DNA from: Candidatus Latescibacterota bacterium
GTDB lineage: Bacteria; Latescibacterota; UBA2968
Assembly (NCBI GenBank): GCA_965198115.1
Contig: OZ240241.1
Coordinates: 2,752,001-2,816,000, forward strand
DNA length: 64,000 nucleotides
Direction: 5' to 3'
Translations under genes and position numbers: made by a program
Part shown: positions 9,282 through 20,017 of the stretch, piece by piece
Numbering within the stretch: the first letter of the stretch is position 1
Layout of the letters: the number at the start of each line of letters is the position of its first letter
Notes under the pieces: model-generated
What the model was told of the DNA's origin: nothing
Database searches by the model: none
Seen by the model: only the letters and a program-made list of their open reading frames with translations

Positions 9282-10207
9282 ATGAAATCGAGAGCCAGGC
9301 CAGGGTTAGCGGTCGTGTTCCTCCTGACCACGTCCGTGTTCGCTTCGGAGGACGAAATCCGCCCTCCTCACGTGTTCGCCAAGGTGACGGACTGCCAGAA
9401 TCAGATCGAACAGATCCGACTGGAGATGGGAAAGCCTGAAAACCTCCCCCTCGGAGTCGAAGTGAATGACGCGGAACCGCGGGAGGTCTATTACCAAGCT
9501 CTCACGCTTTTCACCAAAGCCAACCGCCTCTCGTACGATCTGACACGTACCGACGCAACTGCTCCGGCTGTGCCCACGGGCCCGATCGAGCCGAAGCACG
9601 TCTTCACGTCGTCAACGCCGCACTCGAACGATTCCTCCACATTCAAGATGTGCTCGGAATCCGACCGAGTGAACTGGCCACGCCCCCCGAACCAGGGAGG
9701 GAGCCGACCGACGTGTTCAACGCACTCCTCGAGACCAATCGTCAGTTGAATGTGTTGCTCGACAGCCCCGTCGCCCCCGCCGACGTTTTCCAGCAAGTGA
9801 CCAATTCCGTAGGTTACGCGGCTTCGCTATTGTCAGCCTACACGGGCGCCCAGCAGATTCCGGATGTCCCCGAATTCGAAGGGCAGAAGCGTCCCTTGGA
9901 CGTCTACCGCAGGTTGCTGAATTGCGTGAGGCTGACCGAGCAGATCGTCCAGGCGTCGAACCAGAAAATGCTCTTCCTCGTGGATCGAAACATCGATTTC
10001 GATGAGGTGACGCCGAGCGATGTCTACGATCTGGCATCGTTGATTCTATCGGAGCTCTCCTACCTGCACTCCGTTTCACCCAGCCTATCTTCGCCTCAAA
10101 GGGCGTACAATCCAGGTCGAAAATTCCCGTCTCACGTCTATCAGCGAGCAGGAATCCTCGAAGCTCAACTCGAAAGCATTCTCGCCCAGCACCAAAGCGC
10201 CGAGTGA
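9282..10207 (+). pseudogene. Exported hypothetical protein with repeated P-x-D/H/E-V-F/Y helical motifs; frameshift about 9606
   Basis: AAGGAG RBS and signal peptide; ORFs 9282-9749 and 9650-10207 join by restoring one C (TTC CAC GTC GTC AAC). Confidence 0.7.
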
Positions 10208-10229
10208 TCGACGCAAAGCAAGGGAAGGG

Positions 10230-10783
10230 ATGAATGTCTGGGGTAAGACCTTTTCGCGCCGGGCGCTAGTGAGCCTTATCGCGATCGTACTCAGTCTGGG
10301 AGCACTGGTCTACACGCGCTTCATCGCACAGCGAGTTTCGCGACTGCGTGGTCCAACGGTGGTCACATCGGCCAGCATGTTGAGTGGCATCCGTGGCTCC
10401 ACTACAAGCTTGAGAGGATGGATTCTTCTGGGCGATCCCATCTTTAGACAAGAACGAGAGCAGGCGTGGAAGGACGAAATCGATCCGGCGCTCAGGCGTC
10501 TACAATCGCTCAGCGAGAACTGGACCAATCCCGACAACGTCGTCAGACTGTCCGAGATTTCACAAATCCTCGAAGGATTCCGATTCATCCAGTGGTGGAT
10601 CGAAGACGTCGCCCACACACCAGGCAATCGCCCCGCGCTGCACGCTCTACGAGACGCGGGTCAGGCCGGCTGCTCGAGAAGCGATGACGACTATAACGAC
10701 GATGATCGATCTGGAAAAATGAACCAGGGTGGTCAGTTACCGACTCTGGCCGACTTCCGCGCGGCCCTCGCTCTCAGCGAGAT
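10230..10783 (+). pseudogene. N-terminal sensor part of a methyl-accepting chemotaxis-like receptor; frameshift about 10660, truncated by the ISL3 fragment
   Basis: TM helix followed by PT..SLRGWILLG..ER..AW..WTNP.N..RL periplasmic helical-bundle pattern; sequence switches to IS DNA at 10784. Confidence 0.6.
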
Positions 10784-11011
10784 CAACCATTCTTATGTGG
10801 CTTTACGGCGATGACGAACCAGCTTCTCCCCTCAAACCACCAGCTGACAACACGGAACCCCTTGAATCTCAGCAGTTTCGATAGTAATCTGCTCCCGGTC
10901 ATAGGTCGCACCCCCTTCGCTTTGATTGTCCTACACACACAACCAAGCGTAGGGAACGATCTATGACCTTGTCATTCTATAGTTTCACCGTTGAGAAACC
11001 CGGATAGAGCC
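10784..11011 (-). mobile_element. Partial ISL3 copy (left 228 bp, inverted)
   Basis: Reverse complement of 7650-7877 including the left IR ending ...CGGATAGAGCC at 11011, next to an A6 run. Confidence 0.95.
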
Positions 11012-12528
11012 AAAAAAGGTAGTCTCCTTGTACAAGTGTTTGTTTTTCCCTACATTAGGGCTGACACATCAAAACAACCACTTGGAAGGAACTACCGTGA
11101 TAGAACCTAGTCAGATCCGGTTACCATTCGCAAGCATTTCGGGCAAGGTAGTTGAGGCTGATTTTGCCGGTGGCGCCGTCAGGAGTGACGGTGGAGTTCT
11201 GTTGCTTCGCGCCCTTGAGTCTCAGATGGGATTGATCGCCAGAATGGTAGATGCTTTGCGAGATCGTCGTCACCCAAGCTATATCGATCACACGCTTTTG
11301 GATCTTGTGAAGCAGCGTGTTTTTCAGATCGCTTGCGGCTATGAAGATGCCGTCGATTGTGATGATGTGCGACGCTCGGATTTGTATCGGCTCGCACGGG
11401 CTTTTGTAGACGGGTTCATCGCATCGTATGACCAGGCACCCCCAAGCATCATTCTCGATATCGACGACACGGATGACCCAACGCACGGTGCGCAACAATT
11501 TTCACTCTTCAACGCGTATTACAATGAACACTGCTATATGCCGCTACATATCTATGAAGGCCAAAGCGGCAAGCTCATTACGACGATCTTGAGACCCGGG
11601 CATCCGACGAACGGTAAACAGGTCGTTTCTATTCTCAAGCGCTTGGTGGAACACCTACGCGGATCTTGGCCAAACGTGGAGATCATCGTTCGCGCAGACT
11701 CAAAGTTCAGCTCACCAGAGATGCACGATTTCTGCGAAGACAACGGTATCTACTACGTTCTGGGCCAGGGCGCCAACTCCAAGCTCAAAGCGGCTGGACA
11801 AAACCTGATGGACCAAGCGCTACGTCTGAGCGAGCATAAGGAGACGATTCGCTTGTTCTCATCCTTCTCATATCAGGCTGGCACCTACCGGCAGCCTCGC
11901 CGGATCATTCACAAGGCTGAAGTCACAAACGGCGAAGCAAATCCAAGATACCGCGTGACCAATTTACAGAGTAATCGAGACGGCTTTATCTATGATCGTA
12001 TCTACTGCGCAAGGGGACGCACGGAAGGCTTCATCAAGGACCACAAAACATTCCTTCACTCCGATCGAACATCGTGCCACAAGTTTGAAGCCAACCAGTT
12101 CCGACTCTTTCTACACAGTGCTGCATACGCCTTGCTTCACGCACTCCGATCACAGGGACTCAAGGGCACCGCGTGGACCAAACCTCAGGTCAACACGATA
12201 CAGAACCGTTTCCTCAAAATCGGCGCGAGAGTCATTGAAAGCGCACGAAGAATCCGATTCCATTTTCCAACATCGTATCCACTCAAAAACGTCTTGGTGT
12301 CAATCATCACCAGGCTCGAAACGAACACGCAGTAACAACGCCGATCTATACCGGGGACAGCTATGTACACGTCGCAAAACAACACCTGTTCCGGACGAAA
12401 ATCGTGACTCTTGCGACTCGTAGAGACCGCTTACGGGACCTTGGACATCCGAAGAAGCCGAGAACAAATCCTGTGCGTGATCACATCACTCCAAAACAAC
12501 CTAAACTCAAATTCATGCATGATTCAGG
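11012..12528 (+). mobile_element. IS1380-family element, left IR missing; transposase (GTG 11097-12335) has an internal in-frame deletion
   Basis: F.GG..SDGG.LLL, ACGYED, LDIDDTDDPTHG.Q, VRADS, YCARG..E..IK, RTSCHKF.ANQFRL motifs; right end ATGCATGATTCAGG at 12528 followed by CTAG. Confidence 0.9.
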
Positions 12529-12737
12529 CTAGTTTCCCCCATTCATCCCTCCAGAGCGAAAGCACAGAGCGTAATTAGGCTTTGGTTCGATCCTGTGTGA
12601 AATGTGACCGCCACAAGTTGATCTCGTCGTGTGATCGTCAGACGGACTGACACCCGCGTTGACCAGTGGTTGACGTTTCCCCGTCCGTCTCACATGTTAC
12701 AAGTAAGGACTTACTTGGACTCGTTCCCGTGGTGTCC

Positions 12738-13352
12738 ATGGAAGCCAGACGATCAGATCCGAACTTCGCCCCGGACAAAATCCGCATCGCACGGGACAGC
12801 GAAGGTATTTTCATCCAGGTCAATGGGACAAAGTCTCGTGTCGCCCGTGTCGCGTGCGCCTTTCCCCGCACAGACCCCGACCACTATGTCAGCTTCCTCG
12901 ACGAGATGGGTCACGAGTTGGGCGTGATCGAAGACCCGAGCAGGCTGGACGCCGAATCGAGAACATTTCTCAAGGCAGTGTTGAAGGAAATCTACTTTGT
13001 GCCCACGATATCGGAAGTGCAGTCTGTGACGACGCAGGGCATTGCACACAGGTTCGGTGTCGCGACCGATGACGGCGACCGCGAATTCACCGTCGAGAAC
13101 CTGGACGCTCTCGACGGCTCTCACCCTCCGGGTATTCTCATTCGCGGCGCAGATGGAAAGCGATACCAGATCGACGACTACTGGGAACTCGATGGTGACA
13201 GCCGTGAACGCATGTCACACATGGTCCCTAGAAGGGTGCTCCAGGCACGCTACGGACGGAGCATGATGGGCGGTAGCAGCAGGGGGAGAGGCCGTGGTAG
13301 TGGTAGAGGGGGTAGCAGCTCGAGCAGCGGCGGCATGATGCGTTTCGGATAA
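12738..13352 (+). CDS. DUF1854-like protein with a Gly/Arg/Ser-rich C-terminal tail
   Basis: AFPRTDPDHYVSFLD..G.ELG.I.D...LD.ESR..L...YFVP.I pattern; start uncertain (12666 or 12738). Confidence 0.7.
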   Translation: MEARRSDPNFAPDKIRIARDSEGIFIQVNGTKSRVARVACAFPRTDPDHYVSFLDEMGHELGVIEDPSRLDAESRTFLKAVLKEIYFVPTISEVQSVTTQGIAHRFGVATDDGDREFTVENLDALDGSHPPGILIRGADGKRYQIDDYWELDGDSRERMSHMVPRRVLQARYGRSMMGGSSRGRGRGSGRGGSSSSSGGMMRFG

Positions 13353-13428
13353 AAAGGAATATTCGGCTGCCGCTACATCTTGCTCTGCGCGGTGTTACGA
13401 TCGCTCGTTGTTTCTCAATTCTCGATTT

Positions 13429-14817
13429 TCACTCCTCGATTCCCAACGGTTCCAACTCGCCGAGCATCGTCGGTACCAACTCCGACACGGTTGGATGGAT
13501 ATGCATCGCCCGCTGGACAACGGTGTAGGGAGCCCTCGCATACATCACGTCCAGAAGGGCGTGCACAACCTCGTCCCCGCCGATGCCCAGAATCGCCGCT
13601 CCCAGGATTTCACCGGAATCGGCATCCACGAATACTTTCATGAATCCATCCGTCTCGCTCCGCTCTCTGGCGCGCCCGACATCCGCCATCAGCCGCTTCC
13701 CCACGAGTATGTTGCGTCCTGATTCGCGCACCTGTTGTTCCGTCATGCCGACGCGACCCAATGGCGGATCGATGAACAAGCCGTAACACGGAATCCGATC
13801 GCTCACGCGGCGAGGGTCGTTGTCGAACAGGTTTGCGGCGGCGATCTCGAAGTCGTTGTAAGACGTGTGCGTAAAGGCTCCACGCCCGTTGCAGTCTCCT
13901 AAAGCCCAGATTCCAGAAACGTTCGTGCGAAGCTCGTCATCGACGATGATGAATCCCCGTTCGTCGGTCTCGACTCCCACGCGATCCAGTCCCAGGTCGT
14001 CGGTGTTGGGCCGACGACCCGTGGCAACGAGCAAGTGGCTACCGGCAACTTCCTCTGCAACACCCCCCGCACGAACGTGAACGACCACCCCTTCGCCTTG
14101 TTTTTCGATCCGGTCCACGCCCGTGTCCAGACGAACGTCGACCCCCTCGTTGGCCAAAATCTCCAGGATGGCTGCTGACACGTCCGCATCCTCACGCGAG
14201 ATCAGAGCGGGGCCACGCTCGATGACCGTCACCTGGCTTCTGAACCGACGATACATCTGAGCAAACTCAAGGCTGATGTAACTCCCCCCGATGATGACCA
14301 GATGTTCCGGAAGGAAATCAACGTCCATCATGGTGGAATTCGTCAGGTAGTCCACTTCCTCCAACCCCGGAATCGGCGGGGCGAAGGCACGGCCCCCCAC
14401 GTTGATGAAAACCTTCTCGGCCTCGAGGAATTCCCCGTTGACGACCACTCGATGGGGCTCCTCGAAACGACCGTGGCCTTCGTAGGTCGTGACATTCTCC
14501 AGACCCTTCATCCACCCTTCGACGCCCGACGTCGACCGTTCCACGATAGCGTCTTTTCTGCGCTTCACCTGCGCCATGTCGACGTGGATCGGCCCGTTGA
14601 TCATCACACCGAAATCGCCACCGCGATGCGCGACGTGGGCGACCCTGGCACTCGCCACGAGCGTCTTGGTCGGGATGCATCCGACGTTGGCGCACGTGCC
14701 TCCGTAGAGATGACGCTCGATCACAGCCACCTTGAGACCCTCATCGTTCATACGGTCGGCCAGGGCTGGCCCAGCCTGTCCGGTCCCGATGATGACCGCA
14801 TCATACGTTGTCGACAC
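13429..14817 (-). CDS. Pyridine nucleotide-disulfide oxidoreductase (MerA/RclA-like, no C-terminal Cys pair)
   Basis: GTGQAG FAD motif, GGTCANVGC redox disulfide, GRRPN, HIHPT..E. Confidence 0.92.
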   Translation of the reverse strand: MSTTYDAVIIGTGQAGPALADRMNDEGLKVAVIERHLYGGTCANVGCIPTKTLVASARVAHVAHRGGDFGVMINGPIHVDMAQVKRRKDAIVERSTSGVEGWMKGLENVTTYEGHGRFEEPHRVVVNGEFLEAEKVFINVGGRAFAPPIPGLEEVDYLTNSTMMDVDFLPEHLVIIGGSYISLEFAQMYRRFRSQVTVIERGPALISREDADVSAAILEILANEGVDVRLDTGVDRIEKQGEGVVVHVRAGGVAEEVAGSHLLVATGRRPNTDDLGLDRVGVETDERGFIIVDDELRTNVSGIWALGDCNGRGAFTHTSYNDFEIAAANLFDNDPRRVSDRIPCYGLFIDPPLGRVGMTEQQVRESGRNILVGKRLMADVGRARERSETDGFMKVFVDADSGEILGAAILGIGGDEVVHALLDVMYARAPYTVVQRAMHIHPTVSELVPTMLGELEPLGIEE

Positions 14818-15105
14818 TCGATTCCCCTTTGAAAGCGATTGAACTCCGTCTGCAGTCCGCTCAGTAGCGGGATTGGATGCCCCCCACTAAATGTCGGAGT
14901 CAGCGGTGTGTCAATACGGAAGGGCGAGCTGGAGAGCTGGCGTGGTCAGTGCTTCGAGCTCGAACCTTGTGCTAATTCAACACAACGCGCTCGCCAGCCT
15001 CTTCGCCTGCTCGCTCAGATTAGCCAGATCACGTGTTGCAAATTGCACCAGATGGGGTTTTATTTCACTCGTTGGGTCGGGATCACGCCATAGAGGAACG
15101 ACAGA

Positions 15106-16416
15106 ATGGACAAGCCAGAACAGATCAAGGGCAAAATCCTCATCGTGGATGACAACACCCAGAGCGTGGACCTGTTGGCAACGATGCTGACCCAGGAGGG
15201 TTACACGGTCAACAAAGCATACAATGGGGCCGAAGCCTACGCGCAAGTCGAAGCCGAATTGCCGGATCTGATCCTCCTCGACATCAAAATGCCCGGAGCC
15301 AGTGGATTCGAGGTCTGCAGATCATTGAAACAGAATCCAGAAACGAGCGACATCCCAGTCATCTTCCTCAGTGCGTTGGGAGATCTGGACAACAAGCTTC
15401 AGGCATTCGATGAAGGGGGCGTCGACTACGTGACCAAACCCTTCCATCACCAAGAGGTGAGTGCGCGTGTCCGCGCCCACGTCACGATTCGCAGACTTCA
15501 GGAGAAGCTGAAAACACGCTACGATGACCAGACGTCGGAATTATCCATGGTCAACGACGCCTACCGGCGCTTCGTCCCTCACGAATTTCTGAACTTCCTG
15601 AACAAGGAAAGCATCACACAGGTCAAGCTGGCCGATCACGAAGAACGTGAGATGACCATCATGTTCGCGGATATCCGAGATTTCACGCCTCTCTCGGAGA
15701 GCATGAACCCGCAGGAGAACTTCAGGTTTCTGAATTCGTATCTGAGCCGTGTCAGCCCGGTCATCGGCCAGCACAACGGCTTTATAGACAAGTACATCCG
15801 TGATGAAATCATGGCGCTGTTTCCGCGATCACCCGACGACGCGGTCCAAGCTGCGATCGCTTTGCAGATCGAGGTCGCCCTCTACAACCAACATCGCGGA
15901 AACTGCGGCTACGATCCGCTCCGCATCGGGATTAGCCTGCACACGGGAAGACTGATGCTCGGGATCATCGGTGAGGACAAACGGATGGAGGGAACCGTCA
16001 TCTCCGACGCCGTCAACCTGGCATCAAGGTTGGAAAGCTTCACCAAGCTCTACGGTGCCTCAATCATCGCCAGCGAAAACACGGTTAGCGGCCTCAGGGA
16101 CCAGGAGCGCTACCGGAATCGTTACCTGGACGAGGTCCGTGTCCGAGGTCGGAAGGGCAGCATCAAGCTCTACGAAATTTACGATGGCCTGCAGACAGCC
16201 GAAGTCGACAGCAGGGACGAAACGAGATTCCTTTTCACGCACGCCCTCGCGCTTTACCAGGCAGGACAACTGGTAAAAGCACGAGAGAGATTTGCCGAAG
16301 TGATCAAGCTCGACCCGAATGACAAGGCAGCGCACGTCTTCCTCGGGCGCATCGAGCGCTACGAACAAGAAGGACTGCCAAAAGGCTGGTCTGGCGTGCA
16401 AGAATTCGCGCACTGA
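15106..16416 (+). CDS. Response regulator receiver fused to class III adenylate/guanylate cyclase with a TPR-like tail
   Basis: ILIVDD..DLILLDIKMP..KPF receiver; MFADIRDFT, DKYIxD, ISDAVNLASRLE cyclase motifs. Confidence 0.92.
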   Translation: MDKPEQIKGKILIVDDNTQSVDLLATMLTQEGYTVNKAYNGAEAYAQVEAELPDLILLDIKMPGASGFEVCRSLKQNPETSDIPVIFLSALGDLDNKLQAFDEGGVDYVTKPFHHQEVSARVRAHVTIRRLQEKLKTRYDDQTSELSMVNDAYRRFVPHEFLNFLNKESITQVKLADHEEREMTIMFADIRDFTPLSESMNPQENFRFLNSYLSRVSPVIGQHNGFIDKYIRDEIMALFPRSPDDAVQAAIALQIEVALYNQHRGNCGYDPLRIGISLHTGRLMLGIIGEDKRMEGTVISDAVNLASRLESFTKLYGASIIASENTVSGLRDQERYRNRYLDEVRVRGRKGSIKLYEIYDGLQTAEVDSRDETRFLFTHALALYQAGQLVKARERFAEVIKLDPNDKAAHVFLGRIERYEQEGLPKGWSGVQEFAH

Positions 16417-16439
16417 CGCAGCGGCCGATCGCGATCCCG

Positions 16440-18117
16440 TCACTCAGTCGGAATGATGGGAAGCAACAGATGCGACGCCTGGCCGTTTGAATGAAGCACC
16501 GTTTGACTCGCCCGACGCGGCTCTGTATCCGATCCCGCATCCCGTCCAGTGTTCAGGTTGCGGTCGAAGCGAGGAAAGTTCGACGACGAGATTTCGAGTC
16601 GAACGCGATGTCCTTTCCTGAACACGTTGCCAGTAACCCCCACGTCGATTTCGTATTCGTAGGTCTTTCCTGACTCCAGTAGCGTCGGGTCCGTGAAACC
16701 TTCCCTGCAACGTGCCCGAATGATCCCGTCACAAAGGTTCATCGCGTAGCCGGTTGGTGCCACATCCACGAGCTTGGCCGTCCAATCCGTGTCGACACCA
16801 TCTGTCGCCGCGAAGAGCACCGCACGGATCGGCCCCGTCACTTCCACATCCCTTTCCAGAGGCTCGCTCGTGTAGCAAAGCACGTCGCTCCTCATTTCGA
16901 CTGATCGCTGGTCGTAGGGGCCCCACGGCACGATGTGGGGTGAACAACAGGTATTCCCACCGGTCGTCGGAACCGGATAGAGCGGATCATAAACGAAGTG
17001 ATCCGCCGGCTCATCCCCCGGTGGATCGGTCGACAGGGCACCGTCGCCGATCAGCGTGTTGGCGCCTCCTCCCGAATGCAGATACCATTTCTGCCACTCT
17101 GTTCGGGCAAGCGGCCATTCGTATTCGTCGCGCCACACTCGGCTTCCCATGATGAACAACCGGATCGGCGGTTCGTCAACGATTCCGCTGTCAACGCCCT
17201 TGAGCCAATGGTCGAACCAGCGTAATTCCATCGCATCCAGGTCGACGACGGAATGCTCGCCGAAATCGATGTCGCCCGTTCGTGATGACTGACTCAACGC
17301 GTGAGGCCACGGCCCCACGATCAGCTTACTCTGCTTCGCCTCCGGCGTGCGACCGTGCTCAATCAACCCGTTGTAGTTCGTGAACGTTTGGGGCGCATAC
17401 AGATCGTACCACTCACCCATGTTGAAGGCGGGTACGGCGATCTCTCCGAAATGCTTCTCATCGTTGAAGGTTTCCCAATAGTCGTCGTTAGACCGGATGC
17501 TCGATCCAGTCTTTCCAGAAATCGAGATCACGACCGGCGAGTTTGTCCATCTGATCCAACGGAAGAGCGTGGAAGGCATTCGTCCAGTTGTGGAACTCGA
17601 TCGTCCGAGCCGTCCGGGCATTGGTGCGCATACCCCAAGTCATCAACACGCTGAGCTGGAGTGCTCCTCCTGGATAAACGAGCCCGCTGTAATAGTCTGT
17701 ACAGATCACGCGAGGCACGATGCACGTCAGGTAATTGCTCCGCTGCGGCGCGCTCCTCCACTGGACAGCGCCCACATAAGACCCCCCCGACATGCCGATC
17801 TTTCCGTCACTCCACGACTGCTGCCCGATCCACTCCTGCGTGTCATAACCGTCCGCGTCTTCGCGGAAGGGGTAGTATTCGCCGTCCGAATCCCAGCGCC
17901 CCCGACAGTCCTGCAGCACGCAGGCATAACCACCGTTTGCCAAACCTCGTGCCTTCTCGACCATCGGATCCCCGTTGTTGCTGTAGGGCGTGCGCATCAG
18001 AATGGTCGGAAACGGTCCGGACCCCTTGGGGAGATAGATGTCCGAAGAAAGCTCGACGCCATCTCGCATCGGCTGCTTGACGTTCAACCGCATTTCGACA
18101 TTGTAGTGTGGAGTCAC
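16440..18117 (-). pseudogene. CocE/NonD family hydrolase, frameshift about 17490
   Basis: MRDGVEL, RTPY, GGSYVG nucleophile, GEWYD, GPWPH, SSSNFPRFDRN; two overlapping ORFs join by removing one G. Confidence 0.9.
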
Positions 18118-18134
18118 CCAAGGCTCCTTTCGGG

Positions 18135-19154
18135 TCAGAAACTAGTCGTCAGGTCAGTGTACGCCTCACGCCAGCGACGAGCGAGCGTCAATTCTGCCTT
18201 ACGCTGTTCGTAGCCGGCCGCGTCATCATCTGGGCGATGATCGCGATACCAGTCGACGGTCATCTCGATCCACGTTGCGAGGGGCGTGGTTCGGAATCCG
18301 AAGTCGCGTTCCGCCTTCGACAGATCGTGCACATACGGAATCGGCCGGCACAATGGAGGCGCATACGCCTCCAGCGAACGTAATATCACCGACTTGGGCA
18401 CGTAGGTTATATCGAGCTCGGACCCTGCCGCGTGCCAGATCAGACGCGCCCATCGATCGGGAGTCGCGATGTCCTGCATCGCGATGTGGTAAACCTGGTC
18501 TTGCGCGGCCGGCGCATCGATCGCCCGGATAAAGTTCTTAGCCGCATCCCCCGAGTAGAGCGTTCGAAACGACGCCTGCTCTTCCATCGGCAACACCACA
18601 CACTGGCCGTCCAGTGCCCGCTGTACCCACCACCACATCCGTGCCGTAGGGTCATCCCACCCCATAACAGCGGGAATCCTGACGATCGTGTAAGGCACGG
18701 CGCTGTTTTCCTGAAGCCATTTTTCGCAGTGTCGTTTACCCACACCGTAGGGATCCTCACCCTCTGGATAGGTATAGTCGAGGTTCGACCAGTTCACGTC
18801 AGATTCCCGAAAGGGACAATGGGTTGCGAAGTCGAGCTTGCCGTCGAGGTAGACGGACCCCGTGCTCACCACCAGATATCTCCCGACGCGGCCTTCGAAG
18901 ATCTCGGATGCCAACTCGACGTGTGACTTCTCGAACGCCTGTGTATCGATCACGGCGTCGAACGTCTGTCCACCAAGCCCTTCGCGAAAAGACACAGGAT
19001 CCGTTCGATCGCCGGCGATGTGGTTTACGCGATCCCACCACGTTGGTCGCGTTTTTCCCCGGGAGAACACGGTGACCTCGTCACCCCGGTCGAGAAGCTC
19101 CTCCACGACCAGCCGTCCCATGTACCGCGTCCCACCGATGACCAAGATCTTCAT
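18135..19154 (-). CDS. NAD-dependent epimerase/dehydratase (atypical SDR)
   Basis: ILVIGGTRYMG Rossmann motif, STGSVY, YGVGK. Confidence 0.88.
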   Translation of the reverse strand: MKILVIGGTRYMGRLVVEELLDRGDEVTVFSRGKTRPTWWDRVNHIAGDRTDPVSFREGLGGQTFDAVIDTQAFEKSHVELASEIFEGRVGRYLVVSTGSVYLDGKLDFATHCPFRESDVNWSNLDYTYPEGEDPYGVGKRHCEKWLQENSAVPYTIVRIPAVMGWDDPTARMWWWVQRALDGQCVVLPMEEQASFRTLYSGDAAKNFIRAIDAPAAQDQVYHIAMQDIATPDRWARLIWHAAGSELDITYVPKSVILRSLEAYAPPLCRPIPYVHDLSKAERDFGFRTTPLATWIEMTVDWYRDHRPDDDAAGYEQRKAELTLARRWREAYTDLTTSF

Positions 19155-19309
19155 CCTCAGTCCTCCACGTCCAAATTACTGTCTTATCCAGTTGCGAACG
19201 CTCAGCGCTGCAAGGCGCCACTGATACTCAGGTATCGCTTTCACCAGATGCGTGGGTACTCCCCTATCCCTTCTCCCCAACTAGGGGCTGGATCACGGGG
19301 TTTAGCACC

Positions 19310-19346
19310 CTCCGTGTGCTCCGTTTGCTCCGTGTGCTCCGGGGTT
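19310..19346. repeat. 9-mer short tandem repeat tract
   Basis: CTCCGTGTG CTCCGTTTG CTCCGTGTG CTCCGGGGT. Confidence 0.8.
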
Positions 19347-19498
19347 CCGGGTCTTTCCAATGCCTCAATACATTCTGAAGTGTGATCCAGATCGCTTGCC
19401 CGATTGCCCGGATGAATGCATACTTGATGCATGCCTTCCCCCGCCATACGGCGGCCGGCCTATCGACGCCCCCGCCGGAAGGACAAGGAGGTAGTTCC

Positions 19499-20017
19499 GT
19501 GTCTACGACTCTCATAGCCGTTCTCGGTCTCGTCTGCGTCTTCCTCGCGGTGCTCAATGTCTACCAGCACCTTGCCAGGAAGGGTGCCCAACGGCTCGCA
19601 GAAATCGTCTACATCATCAGCCGAAACGTAGCCGATCGAGCGCGAGAAGTTCGCCGCCACAAGAAAGACGTCGAAATCGTCGAAGCACAACTACAGGATG
19701 TCCTGACCACCGCCCGAACCTTGCTGCTCGCACTCGGTCGAAATGAGGAGACACTCGACCCCGATCCTACCGTCACCATCTTCAACGGGTCCGGTGACCT
19801 GTCCAAGGAAAGCCTCCTGAGAATGGCCGACCGAATCCTCTTCTCGGTTCGCGAGGAAGATCCAGAAGCCAACCAGAACGAAGTTGCATCTCGAACGCTG
19901 GAACGCTTCCTGGTCAAGGTTCCGAACATGGACGAGGACAAGGCGCAAAAGATCATTCGCGTCGTAGCCAACCAGGGTGAAGACGAAGTGGAGCGCGTCT
20001 CCAAGCGCATGAACTAG
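19499..20017 (+). CDS. Hypothetical protein with N-terminal TM helix and helical body
   Basis: AAGGAGG RBS before GTG 19499; hydrophobic LIAVLGLVCVFLAVL. Confidence 0.7.
   Translation: MSTTLIAVLGLVCVFLAVLNVYQHLARKGAQRLAEIVYIISRNVADRAREVRRHKKDVEIVEAQLQDVLTTARTLLLALGRNEETLDPDPTVTIFNGSGDLSKESLLRMADRILFSVREEDPEANQNEVASRTLERFLVKVPNMDEDKAQKIIRVVANQGEDEVERVSKRMN

Noticed and set aside
13429-14817. Mercuric reductase merA
   Set aside because: No NmerA domain, no C-terminal Cys-Cys and no mer operon
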